A DNA stretch of 64,000 bases from Escherichia phage VEc33: the sequence record NC_048818.1; one strand, given 5' to 3'. The notes below the pieces were generated by a model. The model ran no database searches. It was not told where the DNA came from and saw only the letters and a list, made by a program, of their open reading frames with translations. Of the stretch, positions 62,917 through 64,000 are shown piece by piece (the first letter of the stretch is position 1; the number at the start of each line of letters is the position of its first letter). The position numbers and the translations under genes are program-made.

Positions 62917-63812
62917 TTTTTAATTTCTCCAAAGAAATCTATTCTCACTGGGTCTGAAGAAGCAGTAGGTATAATATCCCACTCAACTCTATACACATCT
63001 GAGAAATCTAGGCGTTTTGTAATACGTGCTGAAGGAAAATCTATAGAAATATTATTATTTCTTATCATTAAAGGTACATCTGTCTCCGGTTCTATATTAT
63101 AAACCATATCTCCTGCAAAACGTTTTAAGTAGTATAGAGAAATGGTTGCCGAAGCATTCATTTCAGTTACATAGGCTCTTTTATTATTATAAATTTTATT
63201 TATATCAAAAACACTCTTATCTTCTCTCCAAGAGCACTGCTGCTGGAAGGATAAAGAGGCAGAAATAAGACCAGGTAAGATACTACCATTAGTAGAAGCT
63301 ATTACTGGGCTATAAGACATAACTTCACCCTGTATAATAGAAGCTGCTTCTCTATATGTAGATACTTCGGAGAATTTCCCTGACTCAATACCAACGTTAA
63401 GAATTGGTATATTCTTATCTAAAGAAAAATCTACCGTAGATACATAACAGTTTTCAAAATATACACAGTTGTTATCTTTATTTACTATATAGATATTAAA
63501 CATAGTAGGTTCAATATTGTTACTATATAGTGGTAGTAAGAAAGTATTACCTTTTCTGTCAAAACCTAGCCATTCAAAAAAGTTAGCTTCAGTAAGTGTA
63601 TTACTAAAATTTATTGCTAATGATATAGAAGAAGGGGTTTGAGCATTTATAATAGAGTCTGCATAGTTAGTTCTACGATGAATAGTCCTACGAAGGGTCT
63701 TAAATTCTTCGTAGGAGGTTTGTACATCATAGTTTGATAGGGCATCAAAATGAAATGCCCTACCATCATACTCAACTATAACTTTTGACTCTCGCATTAG
63801 AGAGTAGTACAT
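62913..63812 (-). CDS. tail tube-associated protein (T5 p140-like)
   Basis: 299 aa; downstream of the tail tube gene. Confidence 0.55.
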   Translation of the reverse strand: MYYSLMRESKVIVEYDGRAFHFDALSNYDVQTSYEEFKTLRRTIHRRTNYADSIINAQTPSSISLAINFSNTLTEANFFEWLGFDRKGNTFLLPLYSNNIEPTMFNIYIVNKDNNCVYFENCYVSTVDFSLDKNIPILNVGIESGKFSEVSTYREAASIIQGEVMSYSPVIASTNGSILPGLISASLSFQQQCSWREDKSVFDINKIYNNKRAYVTEMNASATISLYYLKRFAGDMVYNIEPETDVPLMIRNNNISIDFPSARITKRLDFSDVYRVEWDIIPTASSDPVRIDFFGEIKK

Positions 63813-63816
63813 TTAT

Positions 63817-64000
63817 TTAACCACCAGCACTAACTGTGATAGTTTTAGTACCTTCTACACCAGAACCGTCTTTAGCTACAGCCTTCACAGTAACTGCACC
63901 AGTTTTAGAAGCATCAGCTGTTAATAACCCAGATTCTGCATCAATCGTAGCTGCGTTACCACTAGAAATAGACCAAGTTACAGCCTTATTAGTAGCTTCT
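63817..64000 (-). CDS. major tail tube protein, C-terminal Ig-like domain (5' end outside window)
   Basis: RC translation ends ...VTWSISSGNAATIDAESGLLTADASKTGAVTVKAVAKDGSGVEGTKTITVSAGG*, a Big_2-like Ig domain. Confidence 0.55.
   Translation of the reverse strand, partial: EATNKAVTWSISSGNAATIDAESGLLTADASKTGAVTVKAVAKDGSGVEGTKTITVSAGG

Noticed and set aside
1-64000. Prophage, integrase or defence-system signatures
   Set aside because: No integrase, att-like repeats, restriction-modification, toxin-antitoxin or CRISPR-Cas genes were recognised; the content is that of a lytic T5-like phage.

Overview
This window reads as a contiguous segment of a T5-like lytic siphophage genome (Demerecviridae-like), assigned from gene content and order only; no database search was run. 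Three transcriptional blocks are visible. (1) 1-21640, minus strand: an array of about 16 tRNA/tRNA-like genes interleaved with small ORFs and two T5orf172 (GIY-YIG-like) paralogs, then host-interaction and nucleotide-metabolism genes (SPFH, YqeY, SleB-like hydrolase, an orphan CheY-like receiver domain, DEDDh exonuclease, RNase H, thymidylate synthase, DHFR, NrdB, NrdA, PhoH). Almost every gene is preceded by the same sigma70-type promoter (TTGCTT/TTGCTA, 17 nt, TATAAT). (2) 22000-49384, plus strand, after a divergent promoter hub at 21640-22000: NrdD, a Sir2-like protein, a HAD-like phosphatase, a tandem paralog pair, a primase-helicase, a split NAD-dependent DNA ligase, DnaB-like helicase, HNH endonuclease, DnaG-like primase, family-A DNA polymerase, SF2 helicase, SbcD/SbcC-like nuclease, flap endonuclease and dUTPase, closed by a bidirectional terminator at about 49390-49428. 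(3) 49440-64000, minus strand: tail genes (L-shaped tail fibre, collar, pb4-, pb3-, pb9-like proteins, tape measure, two chaperones, p140-like, 3' end of the tail tube gene). No integrase, CRISPR array or recognisable defence system was seen. The strongest candidate for something undescribed is a compositionally distinct three-gene cassette on the opposite strand at about 5916-7672, encoding Gly-, Gln/Met- and Cys-rich low-complexity proteins with its own promoter and terminator. Other points worth a second look are the orphan receiver-domain protein, a zinc-ribbon-less Sir2 with HAD phosphatase and paralog pair, long ORF-free RNA regions, atypical tRNA-like elements, the split ligase, and a possible +1 frameshift joining the tail chaperones. 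All coordinates and functions come from manual reading of motifs and are unverified.
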